Assembly (NCBI GenBank): GCA_001938485.1
Contig: MQRK01221720.1
Span: forward strand, 1-49,036
Reading direction: 5' to 3'
Source of the DNA: Girardia tigrina
Taxonomy: Eukaryota
Length of the DNA: 49,036 nucleotides
The notes below the pieces were generated by a model. That model was given only the letters and a program-made list of their open reading frames with translations. It had not been told where the DNA came from and did not search any database. Shown here in pieces: positions 34,756 through 47,330 of this stretch. The stretch's first letter is position 1; each line of letters opens with the position of its first letter. The position numbers and the translations under genes are program-made.

Positions 34756-36030
34756 ATGACTGATAAAAATAAAAACAAATCTCATGCCAAGAAAAAAATT
34801 AGAAGAGCTGTTGTAAGTTTGGATCCAAGTGTGGATCTACCAATAGATTTTGATATTAATAGAGAAGTAGAATCTCCAATTACAGTAGAACCGCCAGAAG
34901 CAGAAACGAACCCTAATTGGGATAATCCATTATATTGCCGATTATGTGATAAATTATTTCACAATAAAGCTGCTCTAATATCGCATAAAAAAGTAACGCA
35001 CATATCCGAAAAGAAACTAATAATATTAGTATAAAAATTGAAAATGTGGAAATAGTTCATAATTTAAAAGAAAATATTATTGATCTCGAATATTATTTCG
35101 AAGAAGATGGGAAAAAGGTATTATTCATTGAAGATATTACTCGATTAATTGATGTCTACGATAATCTGGATGAACGGTTGAAATTTCCAGTTCTTATTGA
35201 TGTATCTTTGAAAGTTGAATTTATTAAAGGGGAAGAAATAATTGAAAAGGAAATCAGTTTACCGGCAAGAAGACTTCTGACGCAAAGACGAATGAACCGC
35301 CACGTGAGGCATCTGCCGGGAAAATTAAATGCAAAAATACGGGAATGCGAATTACGGGGATCTGGATTTAGCATTCACAAAATTGTTAAAATAAATATTA
35401 GAATATCTCCCTATAAAAATTCCACTTCAGGTATTTTTCTTGATCCACCGGATCGGTTGAAAAATTCCCATAGTATTATAAACATTCGAAATAAGGATGA
35501 CAAATGTTTTCTATGGTGCTTTGTCGCGCATACGATGCGAGATCGATTAAAGGAAATAATAAATAAATCACGAGTTTCCAATTATACCAGAGAATACGAA
35601 TCCAAGAAAAAGTATTTCGATGATATTTTCAAAGACGATATCAATTTCCCAACGAAATTGGAAGATATAAAACTTTTCAATAAAAGAGTCCCAGAAGAAA
35701 ATAAAGTCAATGTTTTTGAAGTGGATTATCAGGGAAATGTATTACCGGTTTTAATCTCTCATCTCGATGTTAAAGGATTCAATATTTTATTTTATTCCCA
35801 GAAAATCAATGACGAGATAAAAACTCATTTTGTTTATTGTAGAAATATCAGAAGATTTCTAGCCTGCAAATATTTTCTTTGTCTTAATTGTATGTGTCAA
35901 TTTCAATTGGAATCGACTTACCAAAAACATGTGGATATTTGTCAAAATAATAAAGCGATTAAAGCTTCTTTCCCGAAAGACGAATATTATCAATTTAATA
36001 AATTCCATTATAAAGTTAGAGTCCCTTTGA
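34756..36030 (+). pseudogene. Protein-primed DNA polymerase B, N-terminal portion only
   Basis: C2H2 finger CRLC...HKKVTH, frameshift near 35010, then GSGF, IINIRNKDDKCFLWC, HFVY and CLNC...H...C. It stops at KVRVP, just before the expected exonuclease I motif. Confidence 0.88.
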
Positions 36031-36551
36031 GTTAGAGAACCATTGAATACGATAATTATAAAGCAAATAATAAAGCTATTCGATTTCTAATTAGTAAATC
36101 TTTATTGATTTATTTTACTTTGACAATTTTACTAATTACGGAGTTTCCGTAATTAGTTTAAACAAAAACTAACAAAACTTAATTTATAAGAATAAATATA
36201 TATTTATATATATATACATTTTCTCATATAAATATATATATCATTTAATTTTTTTTTATTTTTTTTAAATAAATTTAATGATAAAAAATAAAATTTTTCT
36301 TTAATGAAATTTAATTTAAAAAAAACGAAAACCGAACAGTCACTTTTGCCACACAAATTCTTTTTGATATTTTTTTTCATTTTTTTGTGCCATTTTGGCA
36401 ATTTTTTTTCGATTGAATATATATTTAATAAACAAATAAGCATTCGAAATATGCAAAATAATCTCAACATTCATAAAATTGAAGACCGAATTCGACATTT
36501 GAGTGTACAAACAAATAACATTGCCATTTCATTTTATGCAACTATACAGTT

Positions 36552-37435
36552 TCATTTCTCAATAGAGCAAAGAGCGTTATTGATTCTCTGAGATATTTTA
36601 ACCACTCTGTCCAAGATAATAGGCTTGTCGACTTCGGTAATGAACTCACAACACCGATTCATAAACCGATCAGGGTGCCAATTTACTTGTAATGATTTAA
36701 GTTCTTTACGAATACCATCGCTCTAGTCGATCAGCCAGTCAGAAATTAAGGAAGAGATGTCCGAGTCCGGTAGCCAAGGAATGTCTTTAATGGTGATTGT
36801 ATCTGAACTGTTTAGTATTCGAATTTTCGATTCGAATAACAATCATTGACGCTTGAATTCTTCATAAATAGAACTAGAGAAATAGAAATAGAGTATTTTG
36901 CCATTGCTCGAGCGTGCTTTTCTCAGAATTGTCGATCCATATCGGCGTCATATTGTTCGATTTTATTAACTCCAATTTTCTTGGAAGACTGATGGTAACT
37001 GGGAGGATCACTTTTATTATAATATTCTCGTACCATTGTCTAGGTTCATCGATCATAGCTCTCCTATTCTTCATATTGATTGAAATAATCGTTTTCATAT
37101 TTGCCCCATTTCTGATTGTACTCGGCTTCTGCCTCTTATTCAATCTCATCGATCCACGCCTCTTCATTTTGATACTTTTTTTAAATTCTGAATTTTAATC
37201 AAATCCGCTATTTTATTCAGTAATTCAAGAAGAGATTCACCATGTTTATTTTTTTTGCTGATTTAACTGAAACATTTCTAGCGACAAACAAATTCCAGTA
37301 TTGAATAGCCTCATTTAACAATCGTTTCTTAATGCACGACTTCAATGCTAAATGAAGTGCGGTGTCGTGTTCTCTGTCTCCAATCAAACAATCGTATTTA
37401 TTTTCTAAAGTCGAATTCAATTGCTCGAATATCAA
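36552..37435 (-). pseudogene. NFKBIL1-like (ankyrin plus DIPW...WHPDRF domain) pseudogene
   Basis: DTALHLA ankyrin-like motif and C-terminal KDIPWLP...LQVNWHPDRF...ILDRV..ISQRIN, with several in-frame stops. Confidence 0.7.
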
Positions 37436-37601
37436 TTTATGAGGGAACGGATGTCAAACAACCCCCCACAAAATTGAAAAAAAATTAAAATGCTTACATT
37501 TTCCGGATCATTTTCTCTTCTGGAATTGGCATCGCATCTTCAACCGTTTCTGAAATAGATAGAATTAAAAATTTATCTAAATTAATTTGAAAAATTACAT
37601 T

Positions 37602-38065
37602 TTAATTAAATATTTTCAACAAATTGGAAGAGAGACTTGTTTGGACATTAATGGACGGATTAAGTGATTTAATCAATAATGCTTCACAAGTAACTCTTTC
37701 CCAATAATTTTTAAAATTACTGCACAATATTTTAAAATTAGTTGTTTTCACCTCCGATTTACAACCCTTCATATGTCCAGCAATATTACTCCCATTACCC
37801 AATCGTCCATGCTACTGAATCCGTTTACAGAGATGACAAGACGTCTCTCCAATGTATGTAGCGTTGCACCCATTACACGAAAATTGATAAACCAGATTGG
37901 AACATAAACTCAAAGGAGTAAAGATTTATTGCTGAACATACTTTGAATTTTGTAAGATTTAGAAATGATTTTTAAATTCAAATTTTTACTATCGATTGAT
38001 TTTAAAATAGACGATTTGAATTTTTTGTAACCTTCTGAACAAGGAACGATTAGCGTATATCCAAT
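37602..38065 (-). mobile_element. Penelope-like element 3' fragment (GIY-YIG endonuclease)
   Basis: LVYQFSCNGCNATYIGETS...R..H...NFKIL...EALLIKSLNPSINVQ. Confidence 0.85.
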
Positions 38066-38627
38066 ATTAGAATTTTCATTAGATATGAATAATGAATAAA
38101 GAACATGTGGGTAAAGGCGAATTAAAACCCGATAAATTATCTATTGTTTGCGAATATTTTATAGGTATTTTAATGATTTTTCCGACTGCTTTACGTGCTT
38201 ATTCCTTCGTAATTTATTCATTATTCATTTTTTATTGATTAATTATTTTTATTCCAATTTCTTTATTTCTTTGCAAATTCTTTACGGATTTTCTCGCTTT
38301 TTACTTTATTTTGTTCTCAAAATTATTCTAGAATTTATGATAATTTTGTCGGATTTTTTATCTGATTAATTCAGCACGTTATTTCGATTTTATGGATTAT
38401 TGATCCGTAATCATCCGCTTTTCTACTGGTATCGGTACTTTTTAAATCACTTTGCAAATTTTTAACACTTTTTGTTACCTATTTATTATAATTCTTATGT
38501 TTTATATGAACTTTTCTCGTTTTTTGTTATTCATTTTCGTTTTCGATTATTTAGTTTTAGTCTATTGCTCTTATTTTATTAAATTTTCTTTGATTTTTGA
38601 TTCTATCTCAACAAAATCAATATAAAA

Positions 38628-40275
38628 ATGCCTAACATTAAGAAATAGGAAAAAAGAAAAGAAAAATATACAATTGTTAACTATTATGAATTCAAATGGA
38701 GACTGGAGGTCACTTGCTAGAGAATTACCGGTTTCACTATCAACAGCATATAAATGGTTAGTATAGGGAGAATATGTGGAAAAACGAGGAGGTGAAAGAT
38801 TTTAAAAATTCATTTGGATTATTTGGTTGAAATGATCGAAAATAATTGCCGGATTACATTAGTAGAGTTTGCTTTTGGATTGGAACAAAGATTTTCATTT
38901 TCAATTTCAAAGACGAAAATTTCAAAACAACTCGATTCTCTTTGTTACTCTCTTAAAAATGTGCGATATGAACCTAAACTGGGAAATAATTGAAAGAATA
39001 AAGAAAAAAGGAAAACTGTTTGTAGAAAGTCTATTAGAGTTTCAATAAAAAATGTGCCAAACCTGGTTATGAAAGAAAGAAATTTAAATTACCATATTTC
39101 AAGAGCACAATGTCAATCTGTCAAAGGAAAGAGACGTACTACAATAGCTGCAGGCTCAAAAGGTTCTAGTTATAGGATGCATAGACAGCATTGAGTTAAT
39201 AAATGATGAAATAAAGAGAATCTCATTTAAAAAACAAAGCACAAAGGCTTGGATGAAGACCTAAATTCGTGAATCAATGGTTCAATATGATACCCCTGTT
39301 ATCATCGCTATTGTTGAGTATTAAAATCTTAAATTTCAAATATTTATTTTTTAAAACACAAACCGTTAATCTTTAATCTTTAAACTTTAATTTGACTCTG
39401 CTTAATCAGTAGGTTCTTCCAACATAAATATATAAATGAATGAACACAAATTCTTTTTAGAAACTTTATTTTCGATAACAAAAATAACATACAGTTTTAT
39501 ATTGTTCAAATCAATAATATCAATAAACGTATTCAAAAACGGTTAAACGATGTGAGTTTGTCAAATCACAGTTTATTAACGTCGAAACTATAAATTTTAT
39601 AAAACAAAGGATAACTGTTTAATCTTAAAGTTAAATGAACTCTTTTCTCCTATAAGGGATACTTAGTTTAACTTCAAGATAAAAATGAAAAGAACAAAAA
39701 TAAATTTAGTTCACACGGACTCTTCTTTTAAAGTTTATTGTGGGAAATTATTGGTGTGACTATGACTGAATTCATTACTGTTTATATACTGATTTTTACT
39801 AACCTTGAAAATTGATTAACTAAAACAATTCACAAAATATTTTCAAATATTCAATAAATTTTATTAACGTAACTATAATGTGAATTGAAAATTAGTAATT
39901 TTTTACCAGAGAATTATTTTCAATTTTTCTACAAAAGCTTTTAGTTAAAATTTAAATTTATATTTTTCGGGACCACAACACTATTGATACTGCACCCTTA
40001 CCACAATACCATCGAAGAGGTTTTACAGGAGCGCTAACAAGATACTCCGATTGGTACCATACAGTCCAATGTTAAATCTGATAGAAAATGTTTGGTCAGT
40101 AATGAAAAGTTATGCGAAAAGAAAACTTTCAAAGGAAATTGTGAAAATAGTGAATGATAGGAATTTTGATTTAACCATCAAAGAGCAAATATATCGTACA
40201 TTTGAAAAGCTTGTAGAAGAGAGTCTACAAACAGTAACCCCAACAATATGTACTAACTGTATTGCTAGCATCTAA
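38628..40275 (+). pseudogene. IS630/Tc1/mariner transposase remnant interrupted by a solo LTR
   Basis: HTH (ARELPVSLSTAYKW), RGG, IENNCRITL, then VIIAI|DTAP across the insertion and PYSPMLNLIENVWSVMK. Confidence 0.85.
39312..39980. mobile_element. Solo LTR, 669 bp
   Basis: TGTTG...CAACA termini with a 4-bp TSD CTAT (39308-39311, 39981-39984). Removal restores ATC GCT ATT GAT. Confidence 0.82.
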
Positions 40276-41449
40276 AGGAAAGTTTATTGCCGCCGCAGTT
40301 TATTGTTTAATCATGTTATATGTTATATATTCATAGTCTTATTGAATAATAATAAATGGGTTCCGTTTAATTTTTTAGTTAACCTTATTATTTTTTCTCA
40401 TTTTGAAATTTACTATTCTCATTTTGAAGTTGAAAAGGTATTAAATTCCAAAGTTTTAGAACTACAAACATTATTAATTTACACCAGTTTCATTGGTAGA
40501 AACAAAACTAGCTGTTTGATTGAAAATTGAAGTGTGAAAAAGTCACAAATGATCGGTATATGCGTCAGAAATGATGAAAATGCAAGAATGTAAATTGTTA
40601 TAGTTTTATAAAAGTGAATCAAATTGACTATAAAGCTTTACAAAAACCAAACTTAAGATCGATTTTTTAAAAGAAATTAACTATTTTGTAAAAAACTTTG
40701 ACTGACAATCGACAGTTCTAAAATACTAATTAATTCTCGTTCGAATTAAAAAATAATTGCTTCCAATTTGTTTTTGATAATAAAAATATATGAAAGCAAC
40801 ATAAAAAACCCAAAATTATGTATACGATTTTTATCGAAAACTTTTTTTTCAATGAAAAAAGATAATAGCAATTTAATTATATAAAAGACCCTTTGACACC
40901 AAAAACTGAAATTTAATAATCGATAAGAAAGTTAATCGGATAATTTTTTTCAATAAAATACTTCATTCTAAATTACTTGAATTACATTAAATAAATTTGT
41001 TTTAATATCCATAATAGTTAAAGTATTTTTCAAGATATTTATTTGATAAGATTTTCCTTTATTTGATTACTAAAGTTTCATAAGATTTCAATTGAACAGA
41101 TCTAATTTACTAAATAATAAATATCGTTTTATTTATATTTAATTGAAAAATGAGTAATATTTTGAAGTAAGTTTTATTATTTAATAATAACACAGAAAAT
41201 TTTGTTTTATCTACCAAAACATAACTAATCCATTGAAAAATAGGTTTTATTTTGTTCGTATTGACGCTTTTTCGAGATAATTATTTATTGACTAGATGAA
41301 AATTGATCTAAAATGACAGTTATAAATGATACACTCGTTATAGATTAGAAATCCCGCGCAGACATTTACTAATGACATCCGTGTGATTTAATGATTTTCA
41401 TGTCGCTTTGAATTTTATACTTATCAATTCTAATGTTTTGTGAATTAAT

Positions 41450-42175
41450 ATTTGATTATTTTTAATTATGAATTAATTTTATGAATAATTATTAATTAAT
41501 TTGTGATTATTAATTCATTTATTTTCTATAATTTATTAATTATTTTGTGATTATGTATGATTTAATTTGTGAATACATATTAATTAATTTGTGATTATTT
41601 ATGAATTAATTTGTGATTATTTATTAATTAATTTGTGATTATTTATGAATTAATTTGTGATAATTTATGAATTAATTTGTGATTATTTATTAATTAATTT
41701 GTGATTATTTATGAATTAATTTGTGAATATTTATGAATTAATTTGTGATTATTTATGAATTAATTTGTGATTATTTATGATTTGATTTGTGAATACATAT
41801 TAATTAATTTTAATTATTAATTAATTAATTTTGGATTATTAATTAATGTTATTATTAGTAAATTTTTAATTATTTATGAATTAATTTATGAATAATTATG
41901 AATTAATTTGTGATTATTTATGAATTAATTTGTGAATATTTATGAATTAATTTATGAATAATTACGAATTAATTTGTGATTATTTATGATTTGATTTGTG
42001 AATACATATTAATTAATTGTAATTATTACTTAATTAATGGATTATTTATTAATCTGTAATTATTAGTAAATTTGTGATAATTTATTTGTGCTTATTTATC
42101 AATTAATTTGTGATTACTTAATAATGAATTTATTAATATATAACAATTTTTGATTATTTATTAATTAATTTATTT
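41450..42175. repeat. AT-rich minisatellite, unit about 22 bp (GAATTAATTTGTGATTATTTAT)
   Basis: Many tandem, variably degenerate copies, cleanest at 41580-41780. Confidence 0.9.
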
Positions 42176-42532
42176 AATGTGTCAAATTTCATATATAAAT
42201 GCTTACAAATTATGCATGTATCCGTATATGTATTGAACTTGTGTGTTTGGATATTTTCTATCCCTTCTATATAATCTGAAATATTTAATTGCTTTGATCT
42301 ATTAGAATGACCCTCAGATCCATTGTCATTGGTTAGATTATATTTAATCTACTTATTTACGTATATTTATTTTCAAGAATCTAACCAAATGCCTTTGTGA
42401 CATTTATAATCGGGAATCAGTGTAAATATTTATAATAAACTAAACAGAATTCTTCTCGATTATTTCGCAAAATTAATGGGCAAATAATCCGATTGAAATT
42501 CATCTAAAACCGTTTAATATTTTTAATAAATT

Positions 42533-43410
42533 TTTGAAAACTTATCTGTTTTAGTCAAATGGAAAGGAGCATATATCATTTATTGAAATATTAAAAAGCG
42601 AAACAGAAGCTATTGGGTACAAAGAACATTAAAAATATGGACACATTATATGTTTCACTGGAGTTAATATCATTTTCAACCCCAATAAAATTATTTTGGA
42701 ACATTTCAATTAATCGGGGATAATTGGTCGGTAACAATTAATAAAATTAAATTTGTTTGGTTGGGAATTTTTGTTGGATAATTACATTAAGTAATAAATT
42801 TAAGTAATTTTGACGATAAACAATTTCTGAAGAAAAATAACATCTTATATTATCTAAGGATTGCATTTACGGATAAATTTAAGATTGTTTATTGAAAAAC
42901 TTTGGTCCTTTTTAACAGTTCATTTTACATTTTTTAGATACTTACTTTTATAAATAATCAATTGCTTTACATTTAATGAATCGGGTCATTCAGAAAAATC
43001 TTCTATGATATTTAGTTAATAGAAATAAAGTCAGCAAAGGTTTAAATGCGAATATTTACATTCAATCATTTGTCAGAAAAATATTTTCCACATTCAATTT
43101 GAATGATTGATACCATTGTATTTGTTATCATGATTTTATAAACAAATATTAACAATTAGAATCTAAATGCAGGCTAAATACCAGATCCCAAATCTTAAAA
43201 TTTTTAAATAGATTTTTTAAAATATATTATTACATTAATTTCACGATAATTTTTAAAATGTAGTGCTTCGACAAATTAACTCCAGTGAAACATACAATGT
43301 GTCCATATTTTTAATGTTCTTTGTACCCAATAGCTTCTGTTTCGCTTTTTAATATTTCAATAAATTATATATGCTCCTTTCCATTTGACTAAAACAGATA
43401 AGTTTTCAAA
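42533..43410. mobile_element. 136-bp inverted repeat pair (MITE/foldback-like)
   Basis: 42533-42668 is the near-perfect reverse complement of 43275-43410, with a 606-bp non-coding spacer. No clear TSD. Confidence 0.75.
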
Positions 43411-43844
43411 GCGTTTTAAAAATATCTTAGTTAAGCCTGAGCATTTTCGCCGAACTTAGCTAATCTTTACAACGTTAGTAGTTATTCATAAAAAAGAAAT
43501 TATCTCTACAGTCTTTAAATTTAATTTTTTTCTTAAAATTAGAAATTCGTTCTAATAATTTGCAAGTCTCTAATTTTATGAATAATATTTGTAAAAAAAC
43601 CCAACCTTTTCAATAATTTATTTAATATTTTAATTTCATGTAATATTAACCAATCATTTGAATCACTTTGTTATCGATACAAAACTATCAATTATTTATT
43701 GTTCTTTTTTTTAAATTTATTGTTTGATAAATGGATTATCTATTTGAAAATTTTATAAATCTTGATGTATTATAATGCTTTAATTACTAATGAAAAAAAA
43801 CCTTAAAAAAACTATTTTTAAGGAGAAGTAATTTATCAAATATC

Positions 43845-44203
43845 ATGAATTCCTCCAATGATTTTCCAAGCGAAACGGTGTGTTATTATAGACGAATTTT
43901 ATTATGATTACAATAAATAGGGTTTTCAGATCACAGAAATATCTGAAGATATCAAGAATATCATTGGGGAATACGAGACAGATGGATCGTTGTTGAGTGA
44001 TCCATCTATGTTAGAAAAAATCGTCAATAAAATTAGTGCGGAGCTCCGATTGGAAGAATCAATCTCAACAGTATTGCTCGCAATGAAATCGTCTCAGTCG
44101 CGATCATTCAACACTATTAACAGAATCCATTCCAATAATAATATAAATATTAATAATGGTCGATACAATCAGTTGCCTGATTCATCCACAGATTCAAAAA
44201 ATA
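43845..44203 (+). CDS. Probable 5' exons of an unidentified host gene (43845-43877, 43921-44203)
   Basis: A 43-nt GT-AG intron, the same size class as the GS introns, joins MNSSNDFPSET to GFQITEISEDIK...STDSKN in frame. Donor GTAAAC at 44204. Confidence 0.5.
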
Positions 44204-45129
44204 GTAAACCTAATTTATTTTTTTTTCTTTAGAGAACGAATTTATTTCTTCCTGGATTTTAATATTATATAAACAAATTTTCTTTTTTAACGATTAACAA
44301 TAAATTATACAATTATAGTTTGTGAATGAATTTTCATTTTATCCCAGAACGGGCTTCAGCTAAAGGCTACACTTAGGTTTTTGTTATCGTGAGGTAATCA
44401 TAACACACAAATTAAAGGATAAATTCACCAGACAAGTCTAGACATCCTTATACATACTCATTCTAAGTTTTAATTACTTTTTAAAATATTTTTCGTTAAA
44501 TATTTCTTTGTGACTTATTTTTAGATAATTTTTTTGTTTTCTGAGATTTTTGAAATGTGATCGAAAAAATATCAAAACAGCACTGAAATATTTTGTTATC
44601 TGTAGTGAATTCACTTTTAAAACTTAGAAAAGAAGTATGACTTTTCTAGTTAGAAAAATATATGAGGTCTATTTCGGTTGTAAGGTAGGGGACCATGACA
44701 AATTCGTGGTGCGTTTAAATATCGAAAATAAATATGTTGAAAATAACACGTAGAAAATATTTTTTTTGTTTTTAAACCATACATTTTCACTGCTCTTAAT
44801 GGGATTTTAAAAACTAAGAAAGACAATGTTATGATTTCTCATGATGAGTTTTTATTTAAAAAAATAACAAACAGTAACGTATATTGGAAATGCAAAAACC
44901 GTGATGTGGTGCAACTGCTATAACTTCCGTTTCTTACAAAAATGATTTTACTATATGTATAAAAAGCAGTACAATCTCATTTGCAAAATTTGATTTGAAT
45001 AATTTTTCGAAAATAAAAATAGAATAAAAGAGCATTCCCACAACAATTTCATTTCAAAAGGGAATTAATTTTATATGGAATTGGAAATAGTTCAAGAGCT
45101 GTAATTTCATATACGAGATCAACTGACAG

Positions 45130-45760
45130 CTTGGTTCCAAGGATACAGTGTTATCACAGAGACCAGAAAGTTTCAAATGTAAATATTGTTGTGGAAGAGC
45201 TGGGTCTGATCAATGAGATGATTCCACATTGTTAAGAATCCGGTTTTTTTAACAATATGGAAAAAAATTATGGAAATAAAGTATGAGTTCAACAATTCTA
45301 TTTGGTGTATAGACTAAACTTTTGCAACAAGCCTTTCAGAGTATACTCAGGTATATACAATTGAAATCGCAAGAAATCATCATGTTCTTATTGTCTATGC
45401 AAAATTGTAAAAAAAGTCACAGCAAACTTACAATAGGTTTAGAGATTTTAAAATTATTACTTCCGAACATTGATCCTCATATAATTATTTGCGATATCGA
45501 ATAAATGCTTTTCAGCCTGCATTTCCAATTACTCAGATGCATTGATATTTGTTTCATTTAGGTCAAAACATTAAAAAAATAGTTAATTATGGGCTAAAAA
45601 TTAGATAGTAAAGATAAAAACTTAAGAAAATATACAAGAGCGTTGCTTAAACTATCTTTTGTACATAAAAACGATAAAAATAAAGCATGAGAAACGATCT
45701 GCTTATCAAAAATTTGCTATGTTTACTAATGGAGAAAATATAGGAAGAAAAGCAAAATAT
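45130..45760 (+). pseudogene. Highly degenerate MULE transposase
   Basis: Fragments KSQQTYNRF, IIICDIE, LFHLGQNI and LSFV match the MULE core pattern. Confidence 0.55.
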
Positions 45761-45897
45761 GTTGTTTTTAACGAAAGATTATTTGTATTTTTTATTGGAG
45801 CGTAATAATAGAGATCCTACAACATACATTTTTGAAGTGGCCTGTTTTATTTACTATTAATAAATTATGGCTTCTATATTGGTAATATGAATAATTT

Positions 45898-46863
45898 GGT
45901 AACCGGATGAAACAGCAAAGGAAAAAACAACACGACAGAACAGCATAGTGAAAAAAAACAGCACAATTAATATAACTAGCATTTATTCACGAATTTTGTA
46001 TTGCATTTTGACATGTTACTCACTGCAAATTAGCCATCCTTCGCAAATACTTCAACTTGTCTTCCTCAGCTTGGTATCCTTGAACTGCAGCAGCAACCTG
46101 TTGATGAAGTAGCTGATACTTCTTCTTCATGACCCCTGGTTGACCATCCTGTGCTTTTATCAATATCGGCGTCCTGTTGGCCATGTCAATCTGAAGACCA
46201 GAAAAGAGAGACCAGACACTTGGATGACTGCAGTGGAAGATGACATTAAGCGAATTGTGGAAGCCTTCACAGCAGTTTGTTGTCTTTGGTGATTGTTCAT
46301 CAGCAGCTTCATAGTAATTCCAGATACTGATGGGAAATTGTTGCTCTCGTTCTGCTGCACCCTCAACGTAAGTAGAAAAGAAGTAGGTGAGGATATCATT
46401 GTAGCTTTCCTCATCTGGAAATGTGGCTGCAAGTGTATCAAACACAGCTCTCACTTCTTGCATTGGCACAAATGCCAAGACAGACAACGATTTTAGCATC
46501 AACTTGACTTCAATATCAGACTCTAACTCGATTTTCAAGCCAGCAGTGTTGATTTTTCTGATGAGGCTTTGACAAAGATGAAAGTAGCATCCTTTGACTT
46601 CAGTGTTTGGAAAGTCAATCAATGATGCAGAGATATGTCCTGGACATATGAAATTACGCAAAATTGTTGTTAATTCAGCCTGAAGATGGTGGAAAATCCA
46701 CCGAAATATATTGCGAAAATATATTTATTATCGATTTTTAAATGACCCTTTAATTGACAAGAAGAATGTTATATAATTTAGTAAAAAAAATAATTGTGCT
46801 GTTTTTTTCACTATGCTGTTTTTTCTTGTGTTGTTTTTTCCTTTACTATTTTTTCATGGAACC
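45898..46863 (-). mobile_element. Mutator-like (MULE) deletion derivative with a C-terminal transposase fragment (46020-46661)
   Basis: Imperfect TIRs of about 70 bp starting GG, and a perfect 9-bp TSD GAATAATTT (45889-45897, 46864-46872). Motifs GCYFHLCQ, LAFVP and TTNCCEGFHN. Confidence 0.92.
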
Positions 46864-46989
46864 GAATAATTTATTTATAAACATAGTTATTTTTTAAAAC
46901 TAAATTCTTTTATCTATAAATATAAATATTTTTTCACTTATTTTCTTCCTGTTTTTGAAATGTTTTTTTCGACATTCCAAGTCTATGGC

Positions 46990-47330
46990 CTCTCGAGTTT
47001 TTGGCATAGGAATATAATTGTCATGTGGTACATATCTCATTGACGATGGTAAATTGGGATACTCAATTTATTTTTTATAGAAAACCACAAAACATTCGTT
47101 AAGCAGAAATAAAAGTCTGTCATATGATCCTAAGGCTCAAGCCATACCATATGAATCGGAAATGGCATGGAGTTCTTCATATTTCAAATTTTCAATCCAT
47201 TTCAATCATTGTAGTATTATTTAGAGGAATTGAGGCCTGAAAAAAAGTTGGACTATAATTTTATGCAATTTACTCTGATTGGTCCCCCAGCACTCCTTGT
47301 CTAAAATTATATAATTTGTGTCATGTATTC
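46990..47330 (-). pseudogene. DNA transposase N-terminal remnant (possibly Sola-like)
   Basis: LGDQ...SMPFPIHMVWLEP*DHMTDFYFCLTNV...IEYPNLPS..R.VPH pattern. Superfamily assignment is uncertain. Confidence 0.45.

Larger units (their letters stand above)
22473..36030. mobile_element. Maverick/Polinton (adintovirus-like) endogenous viral element, right-truncated
   Basis: AGTAGTAG terminus and intronless, densely packed ORFs for penton, MCP, adenain, integrase, packaging ATPase and the pPolB N-terminus. Confidence 0.95.

Noticed and set aside
25084-37435. Alternative genetic code to explain in-frame stops
   Set aside because: Interrupting stops include TAA, TGA and TAG, and the GS gene reads cleanly in the standard code. 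Decay or error is simpler.
41450-42175. Repeat array considered as CRISPR
   Set aside because: Units are head-to-tail with no unique spacers, there are no cas genes, and the context is eukaryotic. It is a minisatellite.
44686-47288. GGGGACCA / TGGTCCCC as possible TIR pair
   Set aside because: Only 8 bp, no TSD, and the right copy is explained as the LGDQ codons of a transposase remnant.
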